This document shows, one piece after another, positions 51,000 through 63,643 of a DNA stretch of 64,000 bases; positions within the stretch are counted from its first letter, which is position 1, and every line of letters starts with the position of its first letter. The notes beneath the pieces were generated by a model that was not told the DNA's origin, did no database searches, and worked only from the letters and a program-made list of their open reading frames with translations. The position numbers were made by a program, and so were the translations under genes. The DNA is from Leucoraja erinacea (lineage: Eukaryota), in the NCBI RefSeq assembly GCF_028641065.1, contig NC_073379.1:186001-250000 (forward strand). Direction: 5' to 3'.

Positions 51000-53900
51000 T
51001 CGTTCTCTCTCTTCTTTCAATTGTTTTAGATTTAATTTAATTTTTTGTGCGCCGAGCTCTGATTTTTTTTAAGCGTAGTTTTGGCCTGGCCTCCGTCGGA
51101 GCTGGGCGGAGAAAGGGGGGGGGTGAGAAAGGAGGAGGGGAGGAGGAGCAGAGATAAATAAAACTGGGACATGGTTAGTTTTACCATTGCAAAAATATAT
51201 ACACACACATACATACATACATACACGCATACGCGCGGAGCGGACCAGTCTTGTTCTTGACAAATTTCACACAGTTTCGACTAGAAAGGAGGCGGAAATT
51301 CGTGAGAAAAATAGAGGGCTGCTTCTTTCATCAATTAGCGTGTAAACGGCTTCAGAAATGTACAAACATTGAGAGAGAGACATGGAGAGAGACACGGTGA
51401 AAGGAGAGAGAGAGAGAGAGAGAGAGAACGAGAGAAACAAGGAGAATGAGAGAGGAAGAGAGAACGTGTGGGAGAGAGGGGGGAGAACGAGAGAGAGAGA
51501 GAATGTGGGAGAGAGAGGGAGAGAGAATGCGAGAGAGAGGGGAGAGATGGAAATGTAGTGAGAGGGAGAGGGATAGTGAGGGCGGTCGATCGCGCAGGGG
51601 GGACTTACTGAGAGACGGGGGGGGGGGGGGGGGGGGGGGGGGGGAGAGAGAGGGCGGTCTGCCCCCATCATAGGATCCCACTCATCCCTTCTGCTCACCC
51701 CACCACCCACCCATTCTCTCCCTGTCATCACATCTTTCTCTCTCTCTCCTCCCACCTCTGCCCCCAATACCATGTGCTCTAATTTTGCACACTAATCTCT
51801 TGTGTGGGACCTTTTCAAAGGCATTTTGAAACTCCAGATACACCACATCCACTGGCTCTCCCTTACCCATTCTACTTGTTACATCCTCAAAAAAATGCAA
51901 AAGATTAGTCAAGCATGATTTCCGTTCATAAATCCATGTTGAATTTGACCGATCCTGTCACTGCTTTCCAAATGCTGCTATTACATCTTTAATAATCGAC
52001 TCGAGCATCTTCCCCACTACCAATGTTAGTCGTGTTGTTACCAATTTAAAGAATATAAAGCAGGATATTAAAAGCTTCTTTAGGTTTGTGAAGAGGAAAA
52101 AATTAGTTAAGACCAAAGTTGGACCCTTGAAGATCGAAAAAGGTGAATTTATTATGGGGAACAGGAAAATGGCAGATGAGTTGAACAGGTACTTTGGATC
52201 TGTCTTCACTAAGGAGGACACAAACAATCTTCCTTATATAGTAGTGGCCACAGGATCTGGGGTGACAGAGGAACTGAAGGAAATCCACATGAGGCTGGAA
52301 ATGGTGTTGGATAGACTGATGGGACTGAAGGCTGATAAATCCCCAGGGCCTGATGGTCTGCATCCCAGGGTACTTAAGGAAGTGGCTCTAGAAATCGTGG
52401 ATGCATTGGTGATAATTTTCCAATGTTCTATAGATTCAGGATCAGTTCCCGTAGATTGGAGGGTAGCTAATGTTATCCCACTTTTTAAAAAGGTGGGAGA
52501 GAGAAAACGGGGAATTATAGTTAGCCTGACATCTGTGGTGGGGAAGATACTGGAGTCCATTATAAAATATGAAATAGTGCACATTTGGATAGAAGTAACA
52601 GGATCGGTCCGAGTCAGCATGGATTTACAAAGGGGAAATCATGATTGACTAATCTTTTGGAATCTTTTGAAAATGTAACTAGGTAAATGGACAAGGGAGA
52701 GCCAGTGGATGTAGTGTACCTGGACTTTCAGAAAGCATTTGATAAGGTTCCACATAGTGCGCAAAATTAGAACACATGGTATTGGGGGTAGAGTGCTGAC
52801 ATGGATAGAGAAGTGGTTGGCAGACAGGAACAAAGAATAGGGATTAATGGGTCCCTTTCAGAATGGCAGGCAGTGACTAGTGAATTACTGTAAGGCTCGG
52901 TGCTGGGACCGCAGCTATTGACAATATACATCAATGATTTGGATGAAGGGATTTAAAGTAACATTAACAAATTTGCAGAGACACAAATCTGGGTGGCAGT
53001 ATGAACTGTGAGGAGGATGCTACGAGAATGCAGGGTGAACTGGACAGGTTGGGGGAGTGGGCAGATGCATGGCAGATTAAGTTTAATGCGGATAAATATG
53101 AGGTTATCCACTTTGGCAGCAAAAACAGGAAGGCAGATTACTATCTAAATGGCGTCAAATTTGGAAAGGAGAAGTACAACGGGATCTGGGGGTCCTTGTA
53201 CATCAGTCTATGAAAGTAAGCATGCAGGTACAGAAGGCAGTGAAGAAATCGAATGGCATGTTGGCCTTTATAACAAGAGGAATTGAATATAGGAGCAAAG
53301 AGGTCCTTCTGCAGTTGTACAGAGCCCTAGTGAGACCACACCTGGAGTATTATGTGCAGTTTTGGTCCCCTAATTTGAGGAAGGACATTCTTGCTATTGT
53401 AGGTTTATAAGGTTAATTCCCGGGATGGCGGGACTGTTATATGCTGAGAGAATGGAGCAGCTGGGCTTGTACACTCTGGAGTTTAGAAGGATGAGAGGGT
53501 ATTTCATTAAAACATATAAGATTGTTAAGGGTTTTGACACACTAGAGGCAAGAAACGTGTTCCCAATGTTGGGGGAGTCCAGAACCAGGGGCCACAGTTT
53601 AAGAATAAGGAGTAAGCCATTTAGAGCGGAGACGAGGAAACACTTATTCTCACAGGGAGTGGTGAGTCTGTGGAATTCTCTGCCTCAGAGGGTGATGGAG
53701 GCAGGTTCTCTGGATGCTTTCAAGAGAGAGCTAGATAGGGCTCTTAAAATAGCGGAGTCAGGGGATATGGGGAGAAGGCAGGAACGTGGTACGTGAGGAT
53801 GATCAGTCATGATCACATTAAATGGAGGTGCTGGCTCGAAGGGCTGAATGGCCTTCTCCTGCACCTATTGTCTATTTCCCCCTCTTAATCCCTTTGTCCT

Positions 53901-54458
53901 CCTCTGTTGAATTCTAATTTTCTCCGTCCTCCGGTTTGCTGCTTCCACTGGCCAATTTTCTGCCTCTTTCTTGGATTTAACACTCTCCCTAATTTCCCTC
54001 GTTAGCCACGGATGAGCCGCCTTCACTATTTTATGTTTATGCCATACAGGGATGAAAAATTGATGTAATTCATCCATGCGATCTTTAACTCTTTACCATT
54101 GCATATCCACTGTCAACACTTTAAGTATAATTTGCCAGTCTTTCCTAGCTAATTCCTGTCTCATACTATCAAAGTTACCTTTCTTTAAGGTTAGGACCCT
54201 TGTCTCTGAATTAACTGTGTCATTTTCCATCTTAATGCAGAATTCTACCATATTATGGTCACTGTTGCCCAAGGGGCTTTGCACAACAAGTTTGCTAATT
54301 ATTCCTTCTTCATTACACCCATTCTAGGATGGCCTGCCCTCTCGTTGGTTCTTCTACATATTAGTTTAGAAAAGCATCCCGTATACACTCCAGGAAATCC
54401 TCAGTGTTGTTACCAATTTGGTTAGCCCAATCTATATGTAAATTAACGTCACCCATAA
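50335..54458. mobile_element. Cluster of CR1 LINE fragments (+ 50335-50940, - 51755-52030, + 52045-53875, - 53877-54458) with GA-rich tracts
   Basis: Repeated CR1 ORF2 motifs ([37 protein letters not shown]). Confidence 0.88.
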
Positions 54459-56566
54459 TCTATATTACTAAAACTAAGATCTCTGCTGCCCCCGCTGGCT
54501 TTCCGGACTATAAAACCCAGAAATGTCGTGCTTCACTCAGTCTCTGCAAGATGGAGGAAGCGAGAAGGTCACGGCTCTCTGAGCTGCGAATAACACTGAA
54601 CGCAAGTCTACTCCACGGTGAGTCCCCTCGATGTGGTTTTCAGAAAATGTGTTTGTTGGCTTGCAAAGTGTTTGCCCAATTGGCTTGGCTTTTTACAGGG
54701 CTTTCAGAAAATGTGTTTGGTGGCTTTCTAAGTGTTTCCCCAATTGGTTTGGCTTTTTAAAGGGCTTTCAGAAAATGTGTTTGTTGGCCTGCAAATTTTT
54801 TGCCCAATTGGCTTAGCTTTTTAAAGAGCTTTCAACCGTTTTCGGATGGATAAAGCGTGAATAAACATTTTATTAGATCAGGACTGTGTTTAATTGCAAA
54901 ATTGGCACTCATTCCATGACTTTCGCTTAGTGGAAAGATGGCGCCGATGACGTTATTTCTGTTTAGCGGCAAGATGGCGCTGTGCGTCATTTACGGTTCA
55001 AGGCAAGAAGCGCTGGCTGCAGAAGACAGAGTGAAGACGTGGTTGATTAATTCAAGAGAGCTATCTGCTCTGTCTATGGTGAGTGTGTTTGTTGGACGTT
55101 ATTTAAAGCACGTTTTTGCTTCATCAGCAGCCTCGACAGGCTTTAAATGTTTGAATCATTCGGTTTACACACTGTATGTTCACTACGTTCTGAAGTTACT
55201 TGGCATTTTAGTATTGGTTGTGTGAATCTGTGTGTTTGTGGCTATGAGTGAGTCTGTCTGTGTGTGTGTGTGTGTGTGTGAGTCTATGTGTGTGTGAGTC
55301 TATGTGTGAGTGAGTCTGTGTGTGAGTGTGTGTTTGTGTGTGTATAGGGGGGGTTGCACATAAGGTCTCCGGGTGAAAGGGCTTGATGAACGGAACTGTT
55401 CAATTCATCTGGAGGACATCACAGCTTCCGGTATATGTTGTTAATACATGAAACGCGTACTTTCCTACCTGTTAAAAAACGCCAAATGTTGAATTTTTGC
55501 ACTGTAAATAATTGTGGAAGTCGGGGTAACTGTGAGAGATCTATCCTACTTCAGAATTCCAAAAGTGAAGAGAAATGAAGGTAAAGAAAAGCTAGAGCTG
55601 AAGGGACAACAACAGCTAAAGTGCTTGGTGAACATTGGCCGTGCAGATATTGAGATTTCTATCATTATGGTATTGAGATGTATATTTTGGCAAATAATAA
55701 AATGTCCTGACAGCTTAAACACCCACTCCCTTTCAATCGGATATTGTCAATTTGCTAAGGTTGATTATGTCCAATTAACTACTAACAGTTATGCCATTCC
55801 TTGACTTGCATCTGAGTAAAATGTAATTCAAAACCCACGTACGGTATGCTATTTTTTTAAGGATACTGCCAGACCATCAGCTGTGAGTGAGTGAACTGCC
55901 AGCCCACCAGCCGTGAGTGACTGCACTGCCAGCCCACCAGCCATGAGTGACTGCACTGCCAGCCCACCAGCCGTAAGTGAACTGCCAGCCCAACAGCTGT
56001 AAGTGACTGAACTGCCAGCCCACCAGCCTTGACTAAGTGAACTGCCAGCCCACCAGCTGTAAGTGATTGAACTGCCAGCCCACCAGCCGCCCACCAGCCA
56101 TGAGTAAGTGAACTGCCAGCCCACCAGCCATGAGTAAGTGAACTGCCAGCCCACCAGCCATGAGTAAGTGAACTGCCAGCCCACCAGCCGTAAGTGACTG
56201 AAGTGCCAGCCCAATAATCCATTAGGTCCATCCTCTCCCCCTTCTCTCTCACAGAGTCTGTCATCTGTTTTGGGCAGAATTTCTGGCAGTTTCTCAACTG
56301 CCAGCCTGCCAGGTCCGGGTGAGTGTATTGCCAGGCCTCAGTGACTGAGCTGCCAGCCGAAGAATCCATTCGGCCCACAATGTCCATACTAGCCATCGGG
56401 AAACCAGTCCCTTCGGCCCACACCAATATTAGCGCAACAGAAATCCCCCCCCCCCCCCCCCCCCCACCAGTCAGCAATATTGGAATTGGTGGAGAGGTGG
56501 AATATTGCGTTGGGTGACCAACCCTCCCGTGTGATGCTGGGAGCTAATGGGTCCCACTTAGTTTAG
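54459..56566 (+). mobile_element. Non-autonomous Helitron
   Basis: 5' TCTATATTACTAAAA; subterminal hairpin gggagctaatgggtccc; 3' TTAG; inserted at A|T of a CR1 (acccataa|taactgc) without target duplication. Confidence 0.75.
55875..56213. repeat. Minisatellite of about 30 bp (GTGAGTGAACTGCCAGCCCACCAGCC) inside the Helitron
   Basis: Direct reading. Confidence 0.9.
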
Positions 56567-56654
56567 TAACTGCTATACCTTTGCTACACACATCTCTAAT
56601 TTCCTGTTTGATGCTATTTCCAACCTCACTACTGCTGTTTGGTGGTCTATATGG

Positions 56655-57314
56655 TGGTTCTTGGGAACCATCATCTCCAAGGACCTTAAGTGGGGGGCTA
56701 ACCATCTACTCCACAGTCAAAAAGGCACAACAGAGGTGTACTTCCTACGGCAGCCGAGTAAGCACAATCTGCCACAGATAATGATGGTCCAATTCTACAC
56801 GGCCATCGTAGAGTCTGTTCTCACCTTCTCCATCATGGTCTGGTTTGACTCAGCCACCAAGCACGACACCTGGAGGGTGCAGCGAATCGTCTGATCAGCT
56901 GAGAAGATTATTGGCTGCAACCTTCCCTCCATTGATGAACTGTACACTGCAAGGGCCAGGAAGTGAGCGGGTAATATCATCTCTGACCCCTCTCACCCTG
57001 GCCACAAACTCTTTGAATCACTTCCCTCTGGAAGGAAACTCTGGACTGTCAAAGCTGCCAGAAATAAAAAGTTTTTATCCACGAGTAGTTGCTCTACTCA
57101 TTAGCTAAAAATTGTAGTCTCCCTTTGATCTGGTATTTTGTTGGTTCACATGCTTGATCAATGGTGTTTTATCATTAATGTTTTATTATTATTAATGTTT
57201 AGTGTTTTCTGAGTCATTTTTAACTGTCATTGTATGTCATGTTGTTACTTGTGGGCGGAGTACCAAAGCAAATTCCTTGTATATGAATACTTGGCCAATA
57301 AACTTACTTACTTA
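56655..57314 (+). mobile_element. Rex1/Babar-like LINE 3' end with (TTAC)n tail
   Basis: LGTIISKDLKW, FYTAIVESVLTFSIMVWF; AATAAA followed by cttacttactta. Confidence 0.78.
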
Positions 57315-58426
57315 CTATACACAACTCCAACAAATGTTTTCTGCCCTTGGATATTTCGCAGTTCTAACCATCCGAATTCTACAAGCTGAACATGATGCCA
57401 AGTTAAACTAATCCCTGTCTGCATGTGATCCTTATCTGTCGGTACACGTAACAATAAACTAAACTGAACTAATGTGTAGGGATCGCAGGTTGGCGCGGAC
57501 ACGGTGGAGCGAAGGGCCTGTATCCACGCTGTATCTCTAAACAAAACGGAACTATCCAGTGGGTGAGAGCAACAGTCGGCTGGAGTGTAGAGTAAAACTT
57601 TAATGGGAGGTGAAAGAGTAAAAAATTGTACAATAAATATCCGCCGTAGGTGGCATGGATTCCAGCGCTCAACACAACATCGCAAGCAGTGGCATTCGGA
57701 TCTATCCTGGACCTAGTTCCAAGGGTCCCGATGGATTCCCACTCCAGAGCTGCTCCCCGATCTGCTTGAATTTGTTCAGCCGGCACAGAATTCTCACGAC
57801 TGTGCAGAGCCCAGCTCGTTGACATCGAGGCTCAGCGCTTGTGCAACTGGACTGTGCTGCTGCAGGGTGGGCAGAGGGTTCACAGGGTGTAGAGGGTTCA
57901 GAGGGCGTGGGGAGGGTTGGGGATAGAGAGGGAGACGGGGAGGGGAGGGGATGGGAGGAGGGGTTAGGGACGGGGATGAGGAGGGGTTGGAGGCAGGGAG
58001 GTGGTGTTTGGGACGGGTCAAGGGGGATTGGGGACAGAGATGGGGGGATTAGGGATGTGGAGGGGGTTGGAGGCAGGGAGGGGGGTTTGGGACGGGGTAA
58101 AAGGATTGAGGCGAAGGGGCTAGTGGATGTGGGGCTAAGGAGAGGCGGGGCCAGGGGGGTCGTGGACGGGATAACGAATCACACACACACTCACACACAC
58201 GGACCGCGCCACACATATACACACACACGCACACTGACTGGCCCACTCCCACATGCATTCACATAGTGTTTGTGAACATACACTGACACGCAGAGATCGC
58301 ACACACTCGTACGTATTTATACACACACTGTCCGGCATGTGTACATACACACATATTGACCGACGCGCACACAATTATGCACATGCACACACTCACAGTC
58401 ACATTATCCCTACGTTGGCCGACTCT

Positions 58427-58706
58427 GTCCCACGATGCGAGTTTACCCAAGAGCTCACCCGAGTTTAAAAAAAAAATCAAACTCGTGGTACTTCATCACG
58501 AGTATTTTTTTACTCTTGAACATTTTTCACTGTTGAAAAAACTTCATGAGTTACTGCGTTTCCCGAGTACCTGCCGTTAGCATTACGAGCCGCTATGAGT
58601 CATCCACGAGCTCCGACGTAGCCACTACGTACATTCTACGTACTTACCACGAGTTTGATTTTTTTTAAACTCGGGAGAGCTCTTGGGTAAACTCGCATGG
58701 TGGGAC
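58427..58706. mobile_element. MITE with terminal inverted repeats of about 65 bp
   Basis: gtcccac..tgcgagtttacccaagagctc.cccgagtttaaaaaaaa mirrored at 58640-58706. Confidence 0.85.
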
Positions 58707-58791
58707 CGGGGGAAGGCTGTTGTGTAGACAGGGCAGACTTCATTCGGTGCATCCAGGAGAGTTTCTTGAAACAACGTGCAGTGTGTTCAAT

Positions 58792-60120
58792 GGTACCTGG
58801 ATGTGGCGCTGACGGACAAGAAGCCAAAGCAAAGAAGTGGAAGCCAAATAAACTAATGGAAACAAAGCCGAAACGCCAATTAACCAAAAGGGCGGGATGC
58901 CTCAATGCAAACTAACCGAAAGGGTGGGACGCCTAACAGCCAACTAACCGAAAGGCTGCGTCGCCTAAAAGCCAATGGCCCGCTCACCCAAAACGCCACC
59001 GACCCGAAAAGGCGGCGTCGCCTACAAGCTAACGGGCCGAATGCCGCTCAACAGAAAAGACAAATAACGGACATGACGTTGCCGGGGGTCGGGACTTGTC
59101 AGCAGTTGGTCCAGAACCCCACATCCATCTTTAAACTGTTTTAACCGAAGATGGACACAAAATGCTGGAGTAACTCAGGCAGCATCTCTGGAGAGAAGGA
59201 ATGGGTGACGTTTCGTGTCGAGACCATTCTTCAGACCTGAAGACTGAGTCTAAAGAGTCTTGACCCGAAACGCCACCCATTCCTTCTCTCCAGTGATGCT
59301 GCCTGTCCCACTGAGTCACTCCATCATGTTGTGTCTATCTTTGCTGTCAGTGCCAGTGTTCTCAACTTCCAAAGCCGCTCTGCATAAGTGGCAGAGAGAG
59401 AGAAGGGGGGAGAGAGAGAGAGAGAAGGGAGAGAGAGAGATGGGGAGAGAGAGAAAAGGGGAGAGAAAGAGAGAAGGGGAGAGAAGGGAGAGAGAAGGGA
59501 GGGGAGAGAGTAGGGGGAGAGAGGAAAGAGAGGGGGAGAGAGAGGTGGGAGAAGAGGGGAGAGAAAGAGAGAAGGGGAGAGAGAGAGAGAGAGAGCGGGG
59601 AGAGAAGAGGGAAGAGAGAAGGGGGAAGAGAGAAGAGGAGACGATAGCGTGGGGGTCATTTTTCCACACAAGCCATAGGTGGCTGAGCAATCTGAACCCA
59701 AACACCAAGTTGTAAGCGGCCGAAGATGTGCATCCCTCGGGACAGCCCCCACTCTCCCACGGCCACCCTCCCACGGCTGCGGGTTGGGTGGAGCAGACGT
59801 TTGGGACAATGTTCATCCCTCCACAGTGATGTGATGGACGCGGAGGTCTGGACCAATCACTGACAAGTCCCGCCCCCCGGCAACGTCAAGCTTGGTCCTT
59901 TCCTTTGCCTTGTAGGCGACACCGCCTTTCGGGTAAGTGGCGTTTCGACAGAGCGGCCATTCGGTAAGTTTGTATTTAGGCAACGCAGCAATTCGGTTAG
60001 TTGGCTTTTAGGCGTCCTGCTCTTTCGGTTAGTTGGCGTTTCAACTTTGTTTCCATTCGGTTATTTGGCTCCCACTTCTTTGCTTCGGTTTCTCGTCCGT
60101 CTGACCCACGTCCGCACACG
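58792..60120. mobile_element. MULE-like non-autonomous element with long (about 300 bp) TIRs
   Basis: Arms 58792-59116 and about 59846-60120 are reverse complements; 9-bp flanks GTGTTCAAT and ATGTTCAAC. Confidence 0.7.
59204..59237 (-). ncRNA. Minimal type-I hammerhead ribozyme motif in a Penelope-derived hairpin repeat
   Basis: GGU-CUGAAGA-(stem II)-GAAACGUC-ACC; stem II imperfect. Confidence 0.5.
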
Positions 60121-60544
60121 ATGTTCAACAGTGGAGATAGAAACACAGTGCTGGAGTAACTCAGCGGGCCAGACATGCAGCATCTGTGGAGAACATGGTT
60201 AGGTGACGTTTCACAGAGTGCTGGAGTAACTCAGCAGGTCAGGTTGCATCTGTGGAGAACATGGATAGGTGACGTCTCACAAACACTACACACACACACA
60301 CACCACACACACACACCACATACCCTCACACACACCACACCCTCACACACACCACATACCTCGCACACACCACATACACCTTCACGCACACCCTCGCACA
60401 CACCACACATACACATGCACACTCACACACACCCTCACTCACACCACATACACCCTCGCACACACCACACATACACATGCACACACACTCACTCACACAC
60501 CACACACACACCCTCACACACACTCAGACACACAGATTACTCAC

Positions 60545-60715
60545 CCCCTGGCTGTTCCCCCTGGACGGCCCTGCGTGTGCGGTGAGGTCCTCATTGCCCT
60601 CTGGCTGCGAGGGGGATTGTGGGTGTTGGACGGCCCCACCATGCCGCTTAACATGTCGTTCATCAGGCTGAGGGCAGCTCGCTCCCGCTGCTGCCGGTTC
60701 TCAGCCAGGGTCACC
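60545..60715 (-). CDS. CPLANE1: CPLANE1-like exon (171 nt, phase 2-2)
   Basis: ctctctctatccccag acceptor and GTGAGT donor; VTLAENRQQRERAALSLMNDMLS resembles CPLANE1 [24 protein letters not shown] (recalled). Confidence 0.7.
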
Positions 60716-60849
60716 CTGGGGATAGAGAGAGCCATCAGTGGCCGGGGTCAAGCTGACGTGCAGTGAAGTCACGTCACCCAGTTACACTGACAACTTTTGG
60801 CTGGCAATGCTATCCAGCCAGATCAGATAATACTCTACATAAAGCCAGT

Positions 60850-62160
60850 CAGTTCAAACTCAGGTACAATAGCTAACATGTGGAGCGTTTGACGGCACTG
60901 GGCCTTTACTCGCTGGAGTTTAGAAGGATGAGGACACATTGTGGTTAGATAGAGTGGATGTGCAGAGGATGCTTCCACTAGTGATAGATACTAGGACCAG
61001 AGGTCATACCCTCAGAATCAAAGGACGTTCCTTTAGGAAGGAGATGAGAAGGAGTTTCTTTAGCTAGAGGATAGTTAATCTGTGGAATTCATTGCCCAGA
61101 AGGTTGTGGAAGTCGTCAATGGATATTATTAAGGCGGAAATTGACAAATTCTTGATTAGAACAGCTGTCAAGGGTTATGGGGAGAAGGCTGGAGAATGGT
61201 GATAGGTGGGAGAGATAGATAAGCCATGATTGAATGGTGGAGTAGACTTGATGGGCCGAATGGCCTCATTTTGCTCCTATCACTTATGAACATGAATGGA
61301 ACCAGTTCAAACTCAGGTGCGATAAGTTGAGGGAAGGGGAAGCTACAGTTCCCAGCATTGTAGCACAGTAGAGACAGAGACAGAGACAGAGTGTGATGCC
61401 TGCAATGGGAGAGGGAGGGAGAGGCGGGGAGGGGGACACTATGTGAACATCAGGCCGGGACAAGGTGTCCATGCTGGGGATCACCAGCCGGGATATCTCC
61501 CCACATCCCAGGGGAGAGGATCACTGGCAAGCATTCCCGGGGGCAGTTCTGGTGTACACACAGGGGCAAGGGGTGATCAGAAATAGTCAGCGTAGCATTG
61601 TTAGTGGGATATTAGGACCCAATTTGATTCAAGGTCTATTATCGTCACGTGTACTCAGCTACAGTGAAAAGCTGTTTTGGATGCTATCCAATCGCTTAGG
61701 TTTAGTTTATTGCCAGTAAAGTACGATCAAAGATAGTCCAAGGGTCATCAAAGAGGTAGATAGTAGTTCAGGATCGCTCTCGAATTGTTGATGGCATGGT
61801 TCAGTTGCCCGATAAACAGCTGGGAAGAAACTGTCCCTGAATGTGGAGGTGTGTGTTTTCACACTTCTGTACCTTTTGCGCGATGGGAGAGGGGAGAAGA
61901 GGGAGTGGCCAGGGTGCGACTGGTCCTTGATTATGCGGCTGGCCTTGCCGAGGCAGCGAGAGGTGTAGATGGAGTTGATGGAAGGGAGGTTGGTTTGTGT
62001 GTGATGGTCTGGGCTACTGGCCTTGCCGCGGCAGCGTGAGGTGTAGATGGAGTTGATGGAAGGGTGGTTGGTTTGTGTGATGGTCTGGGCTACTGGCCTT
62101 GCCGCGGCAGCGTGAGGTGTAGATGGAGTCGATGGAAGGGAGGTTGGAAGAGAAGCTGAT
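60850..62160. mobile_element. CR1/L2 3' fragment (+, about 60880-61295) and Rex1/Babar-like fragment (-, about 61690-62150)
   Basis: LYSLEFRRMR-type motif; FRDSFFPAV motif. Confidence 0.7.
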
Positions 62161-62536
62161 GGAAGTGGACACAATTATGCGGGGCGTGGATAGGGAAGAT
62201 GGTTAGAAACATTTCTCCAAAGCAGAGAAGTCTAACCCCGGGAGATGGTTAAAGAGTAAAAGGTGGAGAGGGGATCAGAGGAAGAATGTGTCCCAGAGGG
62301 TTGTTTGAACAGCATGGCCTGAGAGGGTGGTGGAGGCAGAGACTGGCAGTGTTGGCAGCGAAATGTCTATGTGAGACAGAGAATCAGCAGTCAGTGAGTG
62401 TTGGGGACCCAGTGATGGGATGGGATTAGTACAGAGACGAACACGATGGTTGGCACAGACACGGTGGGCTGAAGGGCCTGTAGCTGCTGGATCACGAGGT
62501 GACTCAGTGCCAACACTGTGAACCAGTAACACTTCT

Positions 62537-62810
62537 GGGCAGCACGGTGGCGCAGTGGTAGAATTGCTGCCTTATCCAGAGACCCGGGTTCCATCCTGAC
62601 TACGGGTGCTGTCTGTACGGAGTTTGTCCGTTCTCCCCGTGACCTGTGTGGATTTTTCCAGGGTGCTCTGGTTTCCTCCCACACACCAAAGACATACAGG
62701 TTTGTGGGTTAATTGGCTTTGGTAAAATAAATTGCAAAAATGGACCCTAGTGTGTGGGATAGTGCTCGTGTACAGGGATCGTTGGTCCAGCTGTATCTCT
62801 GAAGCAAAAC
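62537..62810 (+). mobile_element. tRNA-derived SINE (V-SINE/HE1-like)
   Basis: A box TGGCGCAGTGG, B box GGTTCCATCC, conserved core ggtttcctcccacacaccaaaga. Confidence 0.85.
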
Positions 62811-62817
62811 TACGTAC

Positions 62818-62876
62818 CTTTTCTTCACTGCTTTATTCTTCTGGCTTTCTTTAATGTCTCTGCTGGTGACCGTTTT
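62818..62876 (-). CDS. CPLANE1: CPLANE1-like exon (59 nt, phase 0-2)
   Basis: ccttccattacag acceptor and GTACGT donor; KTVTSRDIKESQKNKAVKKR resembles MTSREIRLRQKMKHEKDR (recalled). Confidence 0.68.
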
Positions 62877-62899
62877 CTGTAATGGAAGGACAGTGGAGT

Positions 62900-63478
62900 T
62901 GGCACAGTGGTGATGGGGCAGTGGGCAGTGAGAGGGTGAGGGGGCAGTGGGCAGAGATGGGGTGAGGGGGCAGGGATGGAGTGAGGGGGCAGGGATGGAG
63001 TGAGGGGGCAGGGATGGGGTGAGGGGGCAGGGATGGGGGGTGAGGGGGCAGGGATGGGGTGAGGGGGCAGGGGCAGGGATGGGGTGAGGGGGCAGGGATG
63101 GAGTGAGGGGGCAGGGATGGAGTGAGGGGGCAGGGATGGGGTGAGGGGGGCAGGGATGGTGTGAGGGGGTAGTGGGCAGGGATGGGTGATGGGGGCAGGG
63201 GCAGGGATGGGGTGAGGGGGCAGGGATGGGGTGAGGGTGCCATGGGCTGGGATGGGGGGGCAGGGTAAGGGAGTAGGTTGGGGGCAGTGGGCAGGGTGAG
63301 GGAGTAGTGGGTGTGTGGGCAGTGAACAGGGTGAGGGAGTAGTGGGTGGGGGCAGTGGGCAGGGGGACATGGGTAATGGACAGGGTGAGGGAGTAGAGGG
63401 TGGGGGGACAGTGGGCAGGTGGCAGTGATGGGGCAGTGAACAGGGTGAGGGAGTGGTGGGTGGGGGGCAGTGGGTAGG
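62900..63478. repeat. G-rich minisatellite (GGGGCAGGGATGGGGTGAG)n
   Basis: Direct reading. Confidence 0.92.
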
Positions 63479-63492
63479 TACAGGCCACTCAC

Positions 63493-63643
63493 TCTCTTGT
63501 CCTTGGCGTACGGCGTGCGCTCCCTTCCCTTCAGCTCAGCTCGACGTTGCAGGTACGCGTCCTGCCTCTGCCGCCTGCTGTCCCGCATCCACTCCTGCAG
63601 CTCCTTCCGCTCCTGCCCGCCTCTTTTGGATGGCCTTGGACAT
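63493..63643 (-). CDS. CPLANE1: CPLANE1-like exon (151 nt, phase 2-0)
   Basis: ccactgcag acceptor and GTGAGT donor; ERKELQEWMRDSRRQRQDAYLQRRAELKGRERTPY resembles [35 protein letters not shown] (recalled). Confidence 0.72.

Noticed and set aside
62709-63488. Pro/His-rich ORFs
   Set aside because: Translation of an intronic G-rich minisatellite; only the short embedded exons are supported
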